A stretch of 61,521 nt of DNA, the filler included, from Choristocarpus tenellus KU-1152 (lineage: Eukaryota > Protista > Phaeophyceae): NCBI GenBank assembly GCA_964200185.2. It is 11 parts of 11 records of this genome, joined end to end, with 100 filler letters (N's around TTAATTAATTAA, not from the genome) between each part and the next. Parts side by side here need not be neighbours in the genome. Positions count along the whole stretch, not along the records: positions 1 to 4,195 come from CAXNAD020015752.1; positions 4,296 to 6,821 come from CAXNAD020027062.1; positions 6,922 to 13,112 come from CAXNAD020008715.1; 8 more parts are not named here. One strand, given 5' to 3'. The position numbers were made by a program, and so were the translations under genes. Position 1 is the first letter of the stretch, and each line of letters begins with the position of its first letter. This document shows, in pieces, positions 1 to 11,416 of the stretch. Under the pieces are notes generated by a model that saw only the letters and a program-made list of their open reading frames with translations, was not told where the DNA came from and did not search any database.

Positions 1-70
1 CCAAAAATCGAGACATGAAAAAATTGACCCCAAATGGACTGCCGCCACCCCCTCCCAGATACTTTGACCC
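1..70 (-). mobile_element. MITE family B terminus (truncated by window start)
   Basis: Reverse complement begins GGGTCAAAGTATCTGGGAGGGGG...GTCCATTTGGGGTCAATTTTT, matching copies at 37811 and 47739. Confidence 0.85.
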
Positions 71-220
71 ATGAACCAAACAAAGGAAACACAGCAACAA
101 CTTGGTAGATCAGAAGAGTCATCAGGCGATCATGGAACAACAACACTCAACTTACTTAGTTGCTTAGTTGATCAGAAGAGTCAGGCAATCATGGAACAAC
201 GACAACACTCCATCACCCAC

Positions 221-659
221 CGTTGGCAATTTGCCTCTCTTCTGCTTGGTTGAACTCCATGTAGACCCGCATCATGAAAGCGCGTTCAGGATCAAACTCT
301 CTCTTCAACACCGTTATTCTATGGTTTCCATCCAGTGTTCGTCCTTGAACGGCAAGTGCAGTTTCGATGGTGAGCTGGTTCCCGTTGCCTAAGCAGTCTC
401 GTTGGATGATGACAGACGGAGCAAACTGCTCCAGCCAGTCTTTTTCACGGATGGACTTGCTGACGTGCACAAGGCCACGCTCGCTCAGGGGATGCACCAT
501 CCCCGTGCATGTGATGTTGCCGAGTTTCATTTTGTACATGCCGAGCTAGTGATGTTCGAGGAGCGAGGACGTGCCCTTGGCATTGCTGTACGAGGCTCTC
601 GATCCGTGGGCAGCGCCATTGGCGGGCACGGGGGTCGTTGTTGAGCGAATGTTGGACAT
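221..659 (-). pseudogene. ParB/sulfiredoxin-like domain protein, first exon, one in-frame stop
   Basis: ATG at 659 (gccATG) is in frame with ORF 213..539 across a TAG at 546-548. Peptide V(H)PLSERGLVHVSKSIREKDWL...TLDGNHRITVL...MRVY fits the ParB-N pattern (SI..gl..P.V...DG.HR). GT donor at 220. Confidence 0.6.
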
Positions 660-794
660 GGCGAAGATTGGGAGGGTGTGACGGGGATAGATAAGAAAGA
701 GCTGCTGGTGGTATGTGCAGAAGGGAAGGATTGGAAATGAGGAGTGAAGGCTGGGAGGTGCTGCTTTATTTCATCTGGTCGGTCGGTCCCCAAA

Positions 795-1620
795 GAACTC
801 AGATTTCTCTTTCTGTTGATAATTGTGTATAAAAATACGAATATCGAACAGTATACGATTTCATATATAAAACAGATAGAGAGTATGAGTTTTTTGTGAC
901 CTTTTCGTTTCGGAACGTTTCAAACGTATTAGATCAATGAAGTATGTGGTTTGTATTTTAGTTTGTTGATATTAAGAGTAGTATATTTTTATTATTTCAC
1001 AAAAACTCTAATGCACGTGTTTTGGCGGTTCAAGGGTTTCGGGAGGTCCGACGGTTCGCCTGAAACTCAAAAACTGCTTTTTGTCGACTTTTGTATTTAA
1101 AAAAATACAAATGTCGACAAAAAGCGGTTTTAGTATTAAAAATAATTATAGGGTACCAGTTTAAAGTGACCTTTTAGTTTCGGAATATTGGAAACGCATA
1201 AGACCAATAAAGTACGTGCTCTTTATTTATTAAAATTGTAAGGACGTATATAATCGGATTTACTATTTCTAAAAACCCTAATGCACGTGTTTTGGCCGGT
1301 CAAGGGTTTCGGGTGCCTGACGGATTGCCTGAAACTCAAAAACCGCTTTTTGTCGACATTTGTATTTTGTATTAAAAATACAAATGTCGAACAATATAAG
1401 ATTTTGCTCTTAAAACAATTAGAGGGTGTCAGTTTTTTTTACCTTTTGGTTTCGGAACATTGGAAACGTACAAGATCAATTAAGTATGTGCTTTGTATTT
1501 TAAAAAATTGAAATTACGAATATAATCGAATTTTTAATTTCTAAAAACCATAATGCACGTGTTTTCCGGATCATGGATCTCAGGGTGGTCCCACGGATCG
1601 CCAGAAGCTCAAAACTCGTT
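795..1620. repeat. AT-rich tandem array, about 3 units of 270-272 bp
   Basis: ATGCACGTGTTTT recurs at 1011, 1281 and 1553; ACCTTTT.GTTTCGGAA recurs at about 899, 1169 and 1441. Confidence 0.9.
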
Positions 1621-1695
1621 CATGCGCTTGGCTTCGAATTCAATTAACTCCTAGACCTTCTCACTGCCCAAGATCGCCTGTTGCCCGAAAACACC

Positions 1696-4195
1696 ATGAC
1701 AGTTGCTCCCACAGCAAGGGGGTGGCTTTTGTTGCCTGCGTCGCCCCCTGTGTTGCCACCTCATCAGCCCGCCAACAATAATACGCTGGAGCTTTCTACC
1801 AATGACGCTTCAGCGACCGGTGCCAAGCTTCACCGAGAATGGGCTCAACCCATCCCGGTCAACGAACAGGGTGACTGCTGCAAGCGCTCAGCCTGTGTGA
1901 AGAAGTTTGCGGCAGATAGCGAGTCCTTCCTTGCAGAGTGAAAGTATCTTAGAGGGTACTAGTTTTGCCCTGTTTGTCCATTTGGGGCTTGGCTTCCCTC
2001 AAGGTTTTTTATGACATTTTCCTACTCCGAGATATTTCGTAGAAGGTATAATGTGTACGTTATGAAATTGTATGTCCGGAACAAGGAAGGATATTGACAC
2101 TTCCTAACAAACACAATAGCCAAAATTACATCAAATTTGCAACATTGGATTTTGACCCCAAATGGACGCGGATCTACCCTCTAAGATACTTTGACTCGCA
2201 CGCACGTTGGCCAAAGAGCAGGACATCATCCGGGCGTGTGAGAACCGCCGCGATCGCAAGCACTTCGTTGGTGACCGTGTACCTGTCATTAAGTTGGGAC
2301 CTGGAGGCGGATCTATGCTCGTGGCCGGCATTCCCGTTTGTACGCTGGTTTTCAAGGCATCGTTCGGAATATCCAATCATGTCATCGATGCTTGCAAAGG
2401 TACACCAAACGCAAGAGCATCCTCCGGCGTGGAGAGGTGGGTTTGATGTAAATACACAGTGTTATTTGTACCCGGTATATATCAACGCCTGCTTGCTGAT
2501 TGAACAGTAGTCCTATCTCAGAACAATGTAATCCGACCGTACTCGCCACATTCTGTTTGCAGTTACCACGACTAGATGTCTGATGTACAAACTTAGAGAT
2601 CCCTCCAGCGTGGAGTTATGTGTTACATGTATGTTTATGTACATGTGTGATATGCTTATTTATGCTTCAATAATATCATCTCATCCGGCCGTCCCTGCGC
2701 TGCTGCTGCAGTTACCACGCGTAAATACCTACAGAATTAGAGATCCGCTGCTGGCATACGATTCCTCTACGATTCCATCCCCCGTCCCTTATATCCACCT
2801 CCAACACAACTCCCATCCATATATACATACGTGCACTACTACAACAGGAATGGCACGAACAAAGAGAAGGACATGGCTCCGAAGCAAGACCTGGTGATGT
2901 CCTGGATAGACTACTGGGCGGATACGTACGGGCAGTTCATGCCTCACAAGACCGCAATTTTGATCTACGCCGCAAACAAAGAGGTAGGTTTTGCCTTTGG
3001 TTGTGGAGAGGTTGGCCACACCCTGCATTGGAGTTAGTTGCAAACCGTGAGACCCAGCAGTACGTACAAGAAGTGGATCGAAGGAGTATTTCAAGTGGTG
3101 GGTGGTTATTACTTTGACCGTTCTGAGATTATGGTTAAAAAAAATGTGAAGATTCATACGAAGTACTATTTTTTTTCTTTGTAATGCCGAGACTACAATG
3201 ATGATGATGATACTCTTCGTCGCTTTTACGGAGGAAGGCGCAGTAACTGTTATTTCACCACTGTGTGCACCTACTCTGCGGCCCCGGGCCTGGTCTGACC
3301 TTGGTAGTAAGAGTGTACTTCGTATGTCTCAAGCACTTCGCGATGATGATGATGATGATGTTAGATTCGCCTCCTTTACTGTTTCTGTAAATGGCGGCGA
3401 GGCCCGAACAGAATGACGCTCTTAGCAGATTTACGAAGATGATTATATTTGCTCTTTCATTACGCACGATGTAAGCTTGCTTGATCCTGTCTTCCGTGTT
3501 GTCTTCCGTGTTGTCAGTCAAGTTATTGGTCAGCCCGCCAATGAGAGATCATGCAGCGGTGTTCTTCGAGTGTCCCTTCTCAATAACTCTTCACTTGCCC
3601 ACACAACCAACATTATTAATTAGGAGCTATACAAAGATTAAAGAGGCAATACGGGTATATCCTGACGACACTTCCAAGCGGTTAAGCAAGGCGCACTTCC
3701 TCTGATTGCTCAGAGAGGACAGGCCCAATATCAGGGTGAGGGTAGGAGGCGAGTTTATGAAGTGTGACATATGTGTCACGTTAAAAGAGAAGCGGCACAG
3801 CGCGCCTGGTTTAAAACCCACGAACGACTCCACCGTCCTTGAGTCCATCAACAAGGAGCTGTCAGACCATCGAAAGGTAGGTGTCCAGCGTTAATTTTGT
3901 GACAATCATACCGTGGCAACATGTCGTCGTCATTGCCCTCCATTGGGAACAACATCTGTTGCCTTTTGCGAATGAAGACTCCGATCCGCTTTTACACCTC
4001 TAAGCAGATTTGTTTGATTTACAGACGTGATGTTGCTTTCCCCCATTCGCCAGATTATCCAAGGGGATCGGCTGGTCATCACCAACAACACCAGCAGCGC
4101 CATGCGGGCCAAAGCCGATGGCAAACCTCTCGGCTTCGTGTTCATGTCTGTAGACGCGGCGAACCAGACATCCCACGCCCTCCCAGCACTTTACC
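1696..4195 (+). pseudogene. Intron-containing Sola-like (DUF7869-type) DDE transposase, 5' half, decayed and cut by gap
   Basis: Exons 1696-2436 (interrupted by a MITE), 2848-2983, 3624-3876 and 4054-4195 have phase-consistent GT-AG sites. Motifs: CCKRSAC, VC..VFKASFGIS, WIDYWADTYGQFMP, FMKCDIC, H..., FMSVDAANQ...LP. Frameshift near 3640 and TGA at 3703. Confidence 0.65.
1936..2197 (-). mobile_element. MITE family A (262 bp), TSD GCA
   Basis: TIRs GAGTGAAAGTATCTTAGAGGGTA / TACCCTCTAAGATACTTTGACTC; GCA on both sides. Confidence 0.95.
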
Positions 4196-4295
4196 NNNNN
4201 NNNNNNNNNNNNNNNNNNNNNNNNNNNNNNNNNNNNNNNTTAATTAATTAANNNNNNNNNNNNNNNNNNNNNNNNNNNNNNNNNNNNNNNNNNNN
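4196..4295. other. Artificial contig linker (also at 6822, 13113, 19504, 22758, 29742, 33366, 40386, 47639, 55038; 100 bp each)
   Basis: 44 N + TTAATTAATTAA (stops in all six frames) + 44 N, identical ten times. Confidence 0.98.
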
Positions 4296-4451
4296 GTTCC
4301 CCACGCGCGTATACTGCTCGCGCCAGTCAAAGCGCGGGAAGAAATACTCGCGCTACTCGCCTGTAAAATATATACCCTGCAGTAGCTTTCCAATGTCCTC
4401 ATGATGCTCTCCCCACCTCTCCTTGAATGCTGTTCCACCCTCTACATGCAG

Positions 4452-6120
4452 GAACTACCGTTACTTCGAGCAGGGAGATGCCCACGAATTCCTGAACCAA
4501 CTCCTCAGTCTTCTGCAGGAGCAGACAAATGGAACACCCGTTCAGGAGGTGGTTAGAGATCTCCTTGTTCTGAGATGTACCTACTCCCAGAAAGGAAGCA
4601 AGATATAACGAACACCTCTTAGTACTATTTTGAAAGAGGTCCTCCTTACTGACCGGTCAGAAATCAATGAAACACTCTCAATATCGTGCAGTGCACACCA
4701 TTATGTATTCCATGCTTTGTCTCATCATTGGGTCTTGGCTTGTCAATTGGCATGCGCCAAGCCCTAATTGGGTTAAGAGCTGGTCATCAATTGTGCCCAT
4801 TATATGTCAGAAGTCTTGATGCAGAAGCTCTAGATGGTGACAAACAGGAACAGGCCGGGTCAATATTCCTCCATCCCAATCAATGCGTGATATTGCCTAG
4901 GTTGAGTGACGCAGAAAATTCCAGTAAGGGGGCGATAAATGACACCCTTGCCTATTCAGACGAAGTTTTTGTGCGAGGCACCCTTCTCCCAAGCCTCCTG
5001 GTTACCTTCCCTTACTTGTGATATGGGGAAGGTGACCTCACGTAGGGGCAAAAATCAATAGTGAATTACTGTACCAGAACATGAAGCTCTGAAGGATGGA
5101 TCGTAGCTGTTTGCTTGTGGAGCAACAATGATGAACCGTCAAAGAGATGTGTCCACACAGGCACGCAAGTACTGTACCACATACAGTATGAAAGGCAGTC
5201 CTAGATGCAATAGTGTGTGCAATTTCTACACGTCATTATGGTGACAAAGTCAGGTCTCTCTCTACTTGTCATTGACACATATTTCTAACAGGGTAGTCTA
5301 CCCGTCCCTCCAGGAAACAAATTGCTAGCACCTAGAAATTGCGGGTAGATGCTGTGTAATGCTCACATACATACGAATCTGTATGTTTTTGTGCCCAATA
5401 CCAATGAGTGAGCACGTCCACCCTTGCAACCCTGTGGCACCAAATACATACCACCTCCATTGGGTTGTCCATAACTCTTATTGTACCTCCTACTCTGACA
5501 GAGATTCCGAAAATGTCCCAACGCAAGGGAGTGTCAATCGAGCTACGAGTTTGACCCATCACTGCTCATCCTTCCCTTTTTCGGCTGGCGTGGTCGTCGT
5601 GTTGTCAGGGTGGAGGACATGATCGAGCATACTCTCAACGACGAGGTGGGATCCTCGTGGTTGTCAAGTAATCTACTCAGTGGCATACTATGCAAATAGT
5701 AGAACTCAATACTGCAGTAGTTATTGGTAACAGTCGTGGCACCAGAAATAGTATCAGCATCAGTACCAGGCAGCCCATCCGTACCATTTACTGGTATCAA
5801 TTTCGAGCACCAAGGAAAACCAGAAGTCGTGTGGAAAGAGGCTAAGATGTAGTTTTATTTGGCAGATCTTGCTTTGCAATAATCACACAATTCTCACCCC
5901 TTGGCCCAACTGCAGGGTGTCAGCGAGATCTACTGCCGTAACTGCAATTCGACAATGGTCACAGAGCAGCAGATTGCAAAACTCCCCAAATACTTGATCA
6001 TGTGCCTATCTCGCTTCAGAAACAACAATACAAAGGTCCACACAGCGGTGGATATCCACAACTCAGGTAGACCTGGCGGCATACTGTACAGACCTTACGA
6101 CCAGGCCCAGTACACCAGTG
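4452..6120 (+). CDS. Ubiquitin-specific protease (peptidase C19) internal exons, partial
   Basis: Exon from 4452 has EQGDAHEFL (QxDAxEF box). Exon 5609-5645 reads VEDMIEHTLNDE. Exon from 5916 reads YCRNC...IAKLPKYLIMCLSRF...TKVHTAV. Exact exon ends uncertain. Confidence 0.75.
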
Positions 6121-6802
6121 GGTTCAGAGGAGGTGAGCGGTAAAATACCTGTTGGCCATCACCTCATTTGTTCGAAGAATCTTCATCCCTGGGTTGTTGA
6201 GGAGAGGCTCTGCTTTACGGGAAAAGTGCCTTTGCTGCAATGGAAGACAGACAACCGAAGGGGAGGATGTAATGCAGCTGGGAGGGTAGTAGGGGTAAAA
6301 GAGGTGGTTTTTTATCCCCATGTAATTATTTGAGTTTGGCATCGTTTCCAGGTGGTTTTTGCCATGGAAGTTGAATGCCTAAAAGGTCATTGCCCGTTTA
6401 CATTCCCTCAACAGGGCATCGACCCTATCAAATGCAAACGTCTCGCTCAACAAATGGATATCAACTACCCTTGAGCAACGTAAGTGGTCCAGTTGACCAT
6501 AGTCCACACCCAATGGTTGAATAGGACCGTAATTGTTACCGTAATTGTAAAAATCAAGGGAACAGGGGGACACAAGGAAGGGTGAGCCCTATCAGTACCA
6601 GTGATGCGTGTTGAAATAAGTGCCATGTACAGCATATTGTACCAACTCTTCACTACCAGGTGTTTCTATTTTCATCGAGACTTGGTAAAAGTGCGTAGTA
6701 CAAGTAATCCTGAGACCTTACCCAGCGGATGGTGCGATTATAGGACATTTTACTCCCGGTAGCAGTCAGGTAGGGGTCAGGAGTCGAAATCAGTTTGCTG
6801 GG

Positions 6803-6821
6803 GACCCAAAGTATCTCGGGG
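6803..6821 (-). mobile_element. MITE family B terminus at contig end
   Basis: GACCCAAAGTATCTCGGGG running into the gap. Confidence 0.7.
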
Positions 6822-6921
6822 NNNNNNNNNNNNNNNNNNNNNNNNNNNNNNNNNNNNNNNNNNNNTTAATTAATTAANNNNNNNNNNNNNNNNNNNNNNN
6901 NNNNNNNNNNNNNNNNNNNNN

Positions 6922-6942
6922 CCCCCCAAGATACTTTCACCC
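6922..6942. mobile_element. MITE terminus (A/B-like hybrid) at contig start
   Basis: CCCCCCAAGATACTTTCACCC. Confidence 0.65.
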
Positions 6943-8950
6943 TAAGATGGATAACAGGTATCCAGTACTTCATTTTTTGAATTCAAAGATATATTGCTGT
7001 ATATTATTTATGTGTTTTGGGAACTTCCAGTGGAGGAAGCGAAGGGGAAAATAATGGGAGGACAGGAGAAAACTGGTGGTGGTGTCTCCATGCTACCTAA
7101 ATTGCTTCAGCATCCCGACCAGCTGTATCAGAGACAGTCGCACAACTGTCAACCTGCTCGTACAACCACTGCACTCATACTGTATGCTTACGCACTGCTC
7201 ACTGCACCAAACAATATATTTCTCCTAGAAAAACGGCTTCTGAAGAATCGTGAGGGAAAGTTTACTAATTCTCATTACAAAATCAAAGTATCATGAATTT
7301 ACGCCCTGAATAATAAAACACTGAAGGATAGGATCCTCTGAAGTTCAATCATAGTCATTAAACCTGCAGCTAACATACATATATACTGGAACGTGTTGGG
7401 TAAGATATTTCTCTCTGTGTAACATCCATTACCAGCCCTATATGATTTCTTACGTTCTACCTTGTACATTATTTAGTGCTTCTAGCATCTGTGATCAGGG
7501 TAACGCTTGGGAACATTTGCTTCATGGTTACACATAAATTTGATCATTTCATAGAAAATGAAACTCAGAAAGTAGTAAATGGAAGAAGCGTAGTAGAAGG
7601 AAACATAAGTAAAATAGTCTATCATCAAAGACAACACCTCACATATCCTTTGTTAGGCAAACGTTCCAGGTCATTTACTCCAACTCCTGATACCTGGAAA
7701 AAGCTTTGTCATCCACATCTGTAGTAGTCACTAGTCATCTTGTTAACCTTGTTGAGACAAGTGAAAGGAGTGCTTTAACCAAGGGATTTGAGTCTGTACC
7801 ATACCAAGTTATGAACTCTCCAAAAAAATGAGAGGATTAACCACCAGCAACACCATAGGTTGCTATTCGCCTGTTAAAACCAATAGACTATGGGTGCTGC
7901 AATAAATGTTCACGTTCAGTAAAGACAGGTCAGAAGCACTGCAAACATGGAAACAAATTACATTCCACATTCAGTTGGTCAGAAAAAGCAGAAAATAGTT
8001 ACAATAGTAGCAGCCTGAGCGTGGATACATATTGATGCATTCACGTTGATGCCTACTTTAGCTCCTGGGGGAAGAATCAAGAGCCTGTTGCTCAGAGCCC
8101 TATGCATGCTGCTCCATGCTGCACTAAAGCAAACCTGGACACTTCTCTGAATACACATCTAATAGACCATTTTAGAAGTAAACCAGCCAAAAATATTATC
8201 TAAGCAGCAGCATAGGGTGTACTGTTGCATGTCATACACATGTCTTGCAGGTAGGAGTTCCCCAAACAGTTTCATGAATATCAGTGCATGTACACTGGTA
8301 ATCCCCACATATATACAAAGCTAGTGCTGATCAAATAAATGAGGTCTTGGACAATTGTCTAACGTCAATAATTTCAAAGGAATCAATTCATTGGATACCC
8401 CTTGTCAACACTCTTTCTACAGCTCTAAAACTGTGTGTCATTGTTAAGATCACATCCATCAAAAATCAATAACATAAATTCAAGGGAGTAAAACTGATAA
8501 TTCACATAAGCAAATAGCATACAAAAGTTGCGAACCCCACAAATGTGGAGAGTAAACATCAGGAAACAGTGCCATACTGCACAAATAAAAAATAAATTTC
8601 CCCTCCCCCCCACTCCCCCCAAAGGGTTCAGACATAGAGTATTTGCTAATAGAGTGGATACTCATCAGGCCTGTTGTAAGGAATACGGAAGGAGATAGGC
8701 CTAGCGTGGAAAACCCCCCAACATCTCAAGCTAGAGAAATAAATAGAACAGACTTCAACTCAACAAGGGTGAAATGGACTCCTGAGCCAAGACAGGTGTG
8801 AAACAAATACAAAATATACCACAAATCAAAGCACCCAACTATGCCCCTGCCCTCAATGCATGCACAACACATACCAACACACTGACCTCAACATATCATA
8901 TTCCCTATTAGCACATCAAAACTCGAAGAACTCAGCTACAAAAAATAGAA

Positions 8951-11416
8951 TCAGGACTGTTGATCCCAACCTAACCTCCTGCTCGCCCATCGCCCCAAGG
9001 CACTGGGGGCAAGAGCCCCTGCAATGATGTCACTGGCACTAACTTCTTTTATGAGTGCACGAGAGGCGACTTCTTCGCGATGGCGTAACTTGATTCCATC
9101 AATTGCTGTGGACAGTTGTGCTACCATGAGCTTAGAATTGATGAGCTCCTGCCTCAACTCCTCCTTTTCCATCTCAAGCTGGTGGTGCATCACAAGGAAT
9201 ACCAGCAGGGGAGTGTTAACAGATGAGGATAGAGGTGGAGGGGCACTCAAGTGAAACTTCGAAAAGATGGAAATAAGAATGCTCATTGAGCCTGATTGAG
9301 GGGATGGGACCTGCCAGTGCATAAAGTAACTCTTCAAATTCTGAGGAAAATTGGCGGTCTGGCACAAACTGGGACCCTAAATTAAAGCCCTGGACACCAC
9401 GCAGAGGCAGAAAACTCAACCAAGCCTACAGCTCACCCTTTCATTGCCACAGGATAAAAAATATACAGAGAACTCAAACAAATAAATCTTAAAAGCACAG
9501 AAAAGCCTTGGCACAACTCACCCTACGTCCCTCAGCCTCAGCAATGTCTCTCTCAGCTACCGCCATCTTCAACTTTGCTGCCTCCGCTCTTGCCCTCAAC
9601 TCAGCATCAGTCCTTTTGCTCTCTGCATCTGCACGAGCCTTAGCCTCTGCAGCAAGCCGTTCAAGCGCTTCTGTAGCCTTTTCTGCAGCCTCCCATGCCC
9701 GGTTATCCCTCCCCAAGACACTGACTTCCGGGTTTGCTGAAGATTCATCCTCAACTGCAGCAATATCAGCTGGCTTTCTGTTCTCCTCCTCCTCTTCCTG
9801 CACCGTTAAATTGCCTACCTGAAGCATTGCAACTGATGGCATTCTCCTGTGGGGGAATTCAGACAGCATTGGACTGGCCGGGGAAGTCCCCACCCTCCTC
9901 AAAGAAGGACCCTGATCACGGAAGCTGACACTTGGGTGTCGTAAGGGGTGGGACTCTGGGGATGTTGGGGTTGTTGGAAGTGTCAAAATGGAGGTGGGAG
10001 ACAATGAAGCTTCCATCTCCATGTTGCGAAGAGACTGCTTCAGTGCGTAGAGTGAAGAGGACCGGTCCATGCCACGGGTCTTTCAGATGAGAGGGGGCAG
10101 GGGGAAAGTGACCAGGACAGGAGATGGAGAGGGAGGGGGAACAAGTTAGCGGTACACGCCACAATAATGAATGCATAGGGATCAGACTGTTGACAGTTCT
10201 GATGATAAGCGCAAAAGGTGTATCCTTATCGATACAAATGCCACCATCACAATCTTTTGTTTGCTATACTGAATCCCGGTAGAACTGTCAAGGACAAACT
10301 TGTAAAACAGTTGTGTACAGAAATGATAGCCGAAACTTCATGTCCCGCAATACGGCATATTACTGACAAGTGCGGAACTGTGGTGAAGCGGAACACAAGC
10401 TCAAGATCAATCCTAGTACTTTTGTGTTTTAAAGAAGGGTTCAACAGAAGGGTATTTTACATGTCAAACTGCACCCCCACATACCCTCACAACTGTGAAC
10501 ACCGAACAGCAAGACGACTCATTCACAAAGCGAAACATAAATCCAATGCACAAGAAAGTAAGGACAGAATGAGCTTCGGGAACAATCAAAATATCTGCCT
10601 GTTTCTTAAAGAAAATCAAATGCAACGTCTGGTCAAGCAGTTTGACAAAGTATTTGAAGTACCTTGGGTGCACTCTGCCCTTCCTTCTCCTCCTGCACCT
10701 TTGCCACCCTTGCTACCTGTTAGAAGTTAAGACAGGTAGGGGGAACGCTTGTTCAGGATTTTTACCCTTAAGCCGAATCAGCGCGAAAAAGTCCACCGAA
10801 GCTTCCGTTTTGGTTTCATATGCGTATCCTCACTCCTGGAGGCAGGATAACATAATTTCCACTGAGACATTAATTGACACTGGTCGAAGTCCCAGAAATA
10901 TACTCGAAACGTACTGCACCTCCAATAGATCTGTTAGTGTAAGGGTTCCTTCTTTGGCAGCACCCGGTATCGCTGTTGTCACCACTCCCTCCAAATCGTC
11001 GATTGAGTCAAACCCCAGCTCGTCCAGACATTCTACAGCTTCTGAAACATTGATCCGCCCTGTCTTCTCGTTGTCTGCAGAGTGATCAAAGATCCAGCAT
11101 TAGATTTTCGCGCGAGGTATGTTTGGATAGCTCCGAACATGTGGGACTGATTATGGAATATGCCCTTACACTAATGAAGAGTGTTAATGTGAGCCCGAAG
11201 CTCAGCACTACATGCGCGCTACAGGCACCTCAGTGTCGAATGGGTGTGTTCTGCCCATAAGAACGAGCTCGTAATGGGCGAAGCAATAGGGACCATTCAC
11301 AAAATAACACGCCGCCCCTTGCAGAGATGATCATATTTTAGGAAACGAAGCTCACCAACGAGAGCGAAGATAGTCTTGACTTCATTGATCTCATCAGGCT
11401 CCAGCACCACGGACAT
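8951..11416 (-). CDS. EF-hand and coiled-coil protein, 5 exons, about 351 aa
   Basis: Exons 11416-11356, 11074-10920, 10716-10663, 10079-9522 and 9178-8951 join in frame with GT-AG sites. EF-hand VKTIFALV-DNEKTGRINVSE; Ser/Pro-rich linker; Ala/Glu-rich coiled coil. Confidence 0.8.

Noticed and set aside
795-1620. CRISPR array
   Set aside because: Whole ~271-bp units are homologous, there are no unique spacers or cas genes, and the context is eukaryotic
1936-2197. MITE acting as an introner that is spliced out
   Set aside because: A GT lies near the left end, but there is no suitable AG at the right end, and the host gene has other inactivating lesions
2094-2510. Recurring peptide LTxPNKHxSQNYIKIATLDF in several ORFs (also 21248, 30840, 36017, 38711) as a protein family
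   Set aside because: These are chance translations of the non-coding family A MITE; frames and stops differ between copies
4240-4251. Recurrent TTAATTAATTAA palindrome as a biological site
   Set aside because: Always centred in 44+44 N; an artificial six-frame-stop linker
6803-6942. One MITE spanning the gap, implying the two contigs are adjacent
   Set aside because: Outer flanks TGGG and TAAG are not a duplication, and no gene continues across any linker
10218-11085. Plus-strand ORFs 10218..10730 and 10642..11085 as genes
   Set aside because: They are antisense to the spliced EF-hand gene and show no recognisable motifs
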